From positions 6,175 to 70,174 of the forward strand of contig JALGXW010000027.1 of assembly GCA_029821875.1 (NCBI GenBank): a stretch of DNA of 64,000 bases, given 5' to 3'. The notes under the pieces were generated by a model. It did no database searches. It was given only the letters and a program-made list of their open reading frames with translations, and was not told where the DNA came from. Both the position numbers and the translations under genes were made by a program. Source of the DNA: Candidatus Hebobacterum abditum (GTDB taxonomy: Bacteria; Armatimonadota; Hebobacteria; Hebobacterales; Hebobacteraceae). Positions 62,408 to 64,000 of this stretch are shown here, piece after piece (position 1 is the first letter of the stretch; the number at the start of each line of letters is the position of its first letter).

Positions 62408-62995
62408 CTAGGAGCCGCGGAGGCCGGTCTGCCGTGCGAGCGCCGCGCCCCGCGCCAGAGCCTCGCGGTTGACGTCGAGGAGGTGCTCCCGGGATCTGCC
62501 GGCGACAGACCGAGCGGCATGCAATCGGACGGCGTCCACTACGCTATCGGACGCCACCACCGGCCGGATTTCGAGGAAGGCCCCCAACATGATGACGTTG
62601 GCGACTCTGGCATCGCCGAGGTCCTCGGCGACTTCGTTCGCCGGCACTTCGAGGAGACTGAAGGAATCCAGGCTCGGCGGCGCCTTCACCAGGGAGCTAT
62701 TCAGCACGAGCAGGCCATCGGGTTTCATGCGAGAGCTGAACTCCTGTAGGGAGGCGGCGTCCATTATCAGCAGCGAATCGGCCTGGGAGACTTCGGGAGA
62801 GCCGATGCGGCGAGAGGACACGATGATCGTGCAGTGCACGGGCCCGCCTCGCATCTCGGGGCCGTAGGAGGGCGCCCACACCACCTCTCTCCCCTCGGCG
62901 AGCGCGGCACTCGCAAGCAGGTTGCCGGCCAGGACCACTCCCTGGCCGCCGAATCCCGCGATGAGGATCTCGTGGTACATGGGACCGCCGCTCAC
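62408..62995 (-). CDS. 2-oxoacid:ferredoxin oxidoreductase gamma subunit
   Basis: ILIAGFGGQGVVLAG N-terminal motif of POR/KOR gamma. Confidence 0.8.
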   Translation of the reverse strand: MSGGPMYHEILIAGFGGQGVVLAGNLLASAALAEGREVVWAPSYGPEMRGGPVHCTIIVSSRRIGSPEVSQADSLLIMDAASLQEFSSRMKPDGLLVLNSSLVKAPPSLDSFSLLEVPANEVAEDLGDARVANVIMLGAFLEIRPVVASDSVVDAVRLHAARSVAGRSREHLLDVNREALARGAALARQTGLRGS

Positions 62996-63765
62996 GTGCT
63001 GCCTCGGAGGTCCTCAGACACGACAAACTCCCTCAAGGGGTAGTAGGGCACCATGTGCTCTTCGAGCCAGTCGAGGGCGTCCTGGGGCCGCATGCCCCAG
63101 CGTGTGGGACACGTGGACAGCACCTCCACGAGCGCGAATCCCAATCCTTTGAGTTGCGCCTGAAACGCCTTGCGGATCCCCTGCTTCGACTCCCGCACCC
63201 GGCGGGGGTCGGTCACGGCGACTCGCGCCAGATAAGCCGGTCCATCGAGAGCAGCGAGCAGCTCGCAGACGCGAATCGGATTGCCCGCCGCCTTTGCCTC
63301 GCGGCCGTAGGGAGTGGTGCTCGTCACCATGCCGGGCAGTGTCGTCGGGGCCATCTGTCCGCCGGTCATGCCGTAGACGGCGTTGTTGATGAAGACGATG
63401 CTGATGTTCTCCGCGCGGGCGGCGGCGTGAATCGTTTCGGCGATGCCGATGGAGGCCAGGTCGCCGTCGCCTTGGTAGGTGAACGTGAACAAGTCGGGTC
63501 GCACCCTCTTGACCCCGGTTGCGACGGCGGGTGCACGGCCGTGTGCCGCCTCGATCATATCGCAGGTGAAGTAGTTGTAGGCGAAAACGGCGCACCCAAC
63601 TGGAGCAACGCCCACGGCTCGCTCGGCCAGCTCGAGCTCGTCCATGACCTCCGCGACGAGGCGGTGCACGATGCCGTGCGTGCAGCCCGGGCAGTAGTGC
63701 ATGCGAACCGGCTCCAGGGCCTGAGGGCGGTGGAAGAGAGCTGATTCCTGCTTCTGGACTGCCAT
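62992..63765 (-). CDS. 2-oxoacid:ferredoxin oxidoreductase beta subunit (TPP-binding)
   Basis: CPGCTHG ... GDGD TPP motifs. ATGA overlap with gamma. Confidence 0.85.
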   Translation of the reverse strand: MAVQKQESALFHRPQALEPVRMHYCPGCTHGIVHRLVAEVMDELELAERAVGVAPVGCAVFAYNYFTCDMIEAAHGRAPAVATGVKRVRPDLFTFTYQGDGDLASIGIAETIHAAARAENISIVFINNAVYGMTGGQMAPTTLPGMVTSTTPYGREAKAAGNPIRVCELLAALDGPAYLARVAVTDPRRVRESKQGIRKAFQAQLKGLGFALVEVLSTCPTRWGMRPQDALDWLEEHMVPYYPLREFVVSEDLRGST

Positions 63766-63767
63766 CT

Positions 63768-64000
63768 CTACCCTCGGGTCTCGTCGACAAGCCGTCTCAG
63801 GGCCTCGACCACCTCGCGCGGTGTGATGACGACGCCGCCCGAACGTCCCAGGAGATGGACGGGACAGCGTCCGGCGACCGCCAGTCGGACGTCTTCCACG
63901 AACTGCCCGAGGCTGAGCTCTGCCACGAGGATCGCCTTGACGCGGTCGGCCAGGGAGGCGATCTCGCCTGCTGGGAAGGGATAGAGGCTGATCGGCCGCA
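63768..64000 (-). CDS. 2-oxoacid:ferredoxin oxidoreductase alpha subunit, C-terminal fragment (truncated by window end)
   Basis: Manual reverse translation ...LYPFPAGEIASLADRVKAILVAELSLGQFVEDVRLAVAGRCPVHLLGRSGGVVITPREVVEALRRLVDETRG* ends 2 nt before the beta start. Confidence 0.6.
   Translation of the reverse strand, partial: RPISLYPFPAGEIASLADRVKAILVAELSLGQFVEDVRLAVAGRCPVHLLGRSGGVVITPREVVEALRRLVDETRG

Noticed and set aside
1-64000. CRISPR arrays, rRNA genes, prophage structural modules
   Set aside because: No regularly spaced direct repeats of 24-48 bp, no rRNA-like conserved stretches, and no capsid, terminase, portal or tail-like ORFs were seen anywhere in the window.

Overview
High-GC (~65-70%) bacterial chromosomal window, densely coded on both strands; the taxon cannot be determined from sequence alone. 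Left 8 kb: a ~6.4-kb element apparently integrated into tRNA-Thr(TGT), bounded by a 41-bp perfect direct repeat (1464-1504 = 7868-7908, i.e. the 5' 38 nt of the tRNA plus 3 upstream nt). The element carries a tyrosine integrase, a BlaI/MecI/CopY-family repressor and a 1364-aa BlaR1-type M56 metalloprotease whose usual penicillin-binding sensor domain is replaced by ~30 HEAT (PBS-lyase-like) repeats. This minimal 'integrase + signal-transduction module' island is the most unusual thing in the window. Downstream: GIY-YIG mini-nuclease, DUF2723 membrane glycosyltransferase-like gene, tRNA-Tyr and tRNA-Thr(GGT) with a clear sigma70-type promoter, nagA, an uncharacterised minus-strand operon (membrane protein / 2TM protein / PRTase-like protein), and a 690-bp gene-free gap. 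Then a hexuronate/KDG catabolic cluster (857-aa secreted protein, kduD-like SDR, eda, kdgK), a PreA/GltD-like fusion oxidoreductase, a 2-hydroxyacid dehydrogenase, tandem Gfo/Idh/MocA paralogs, a KefB-type antiporter plus an RCK K+ channel with a non-canonical TIGFEE filter, HAD hydrolase, UxaE-like and LarA-like proteins, and gnd. A second sugar cluster follows (GNAT, PHP, MDR dehydrogenase, RhaD-SDR fusion, AAC(3)-like, SDR, sugar ABC transporter, tungsten-type AOR + ferredoxin). Then DUF4091, UroD-like, an N-terminally truncated UbiA-like ORF, mtnP overlapping an orphan N4/N6 DNA methyltransferase, a TPR protein, AmiC-like amidase + GerMN, a TldD/PmbA pair, an M48 peptidase, a mini GyrA-CTD ORF, NUDIX, and 2-oxoacid:ferredoxin oxidoreductase gamma/beta/alpha (alpha truncated at window end). 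No CRISPR array, rRNA or phage structural genes were seen. Many long ORFs in the six-frame track are antisense artefacts typical of high-GC DNA. Note that the ORF track uses alternative start codons (for example TTG at 51152 and 27169).
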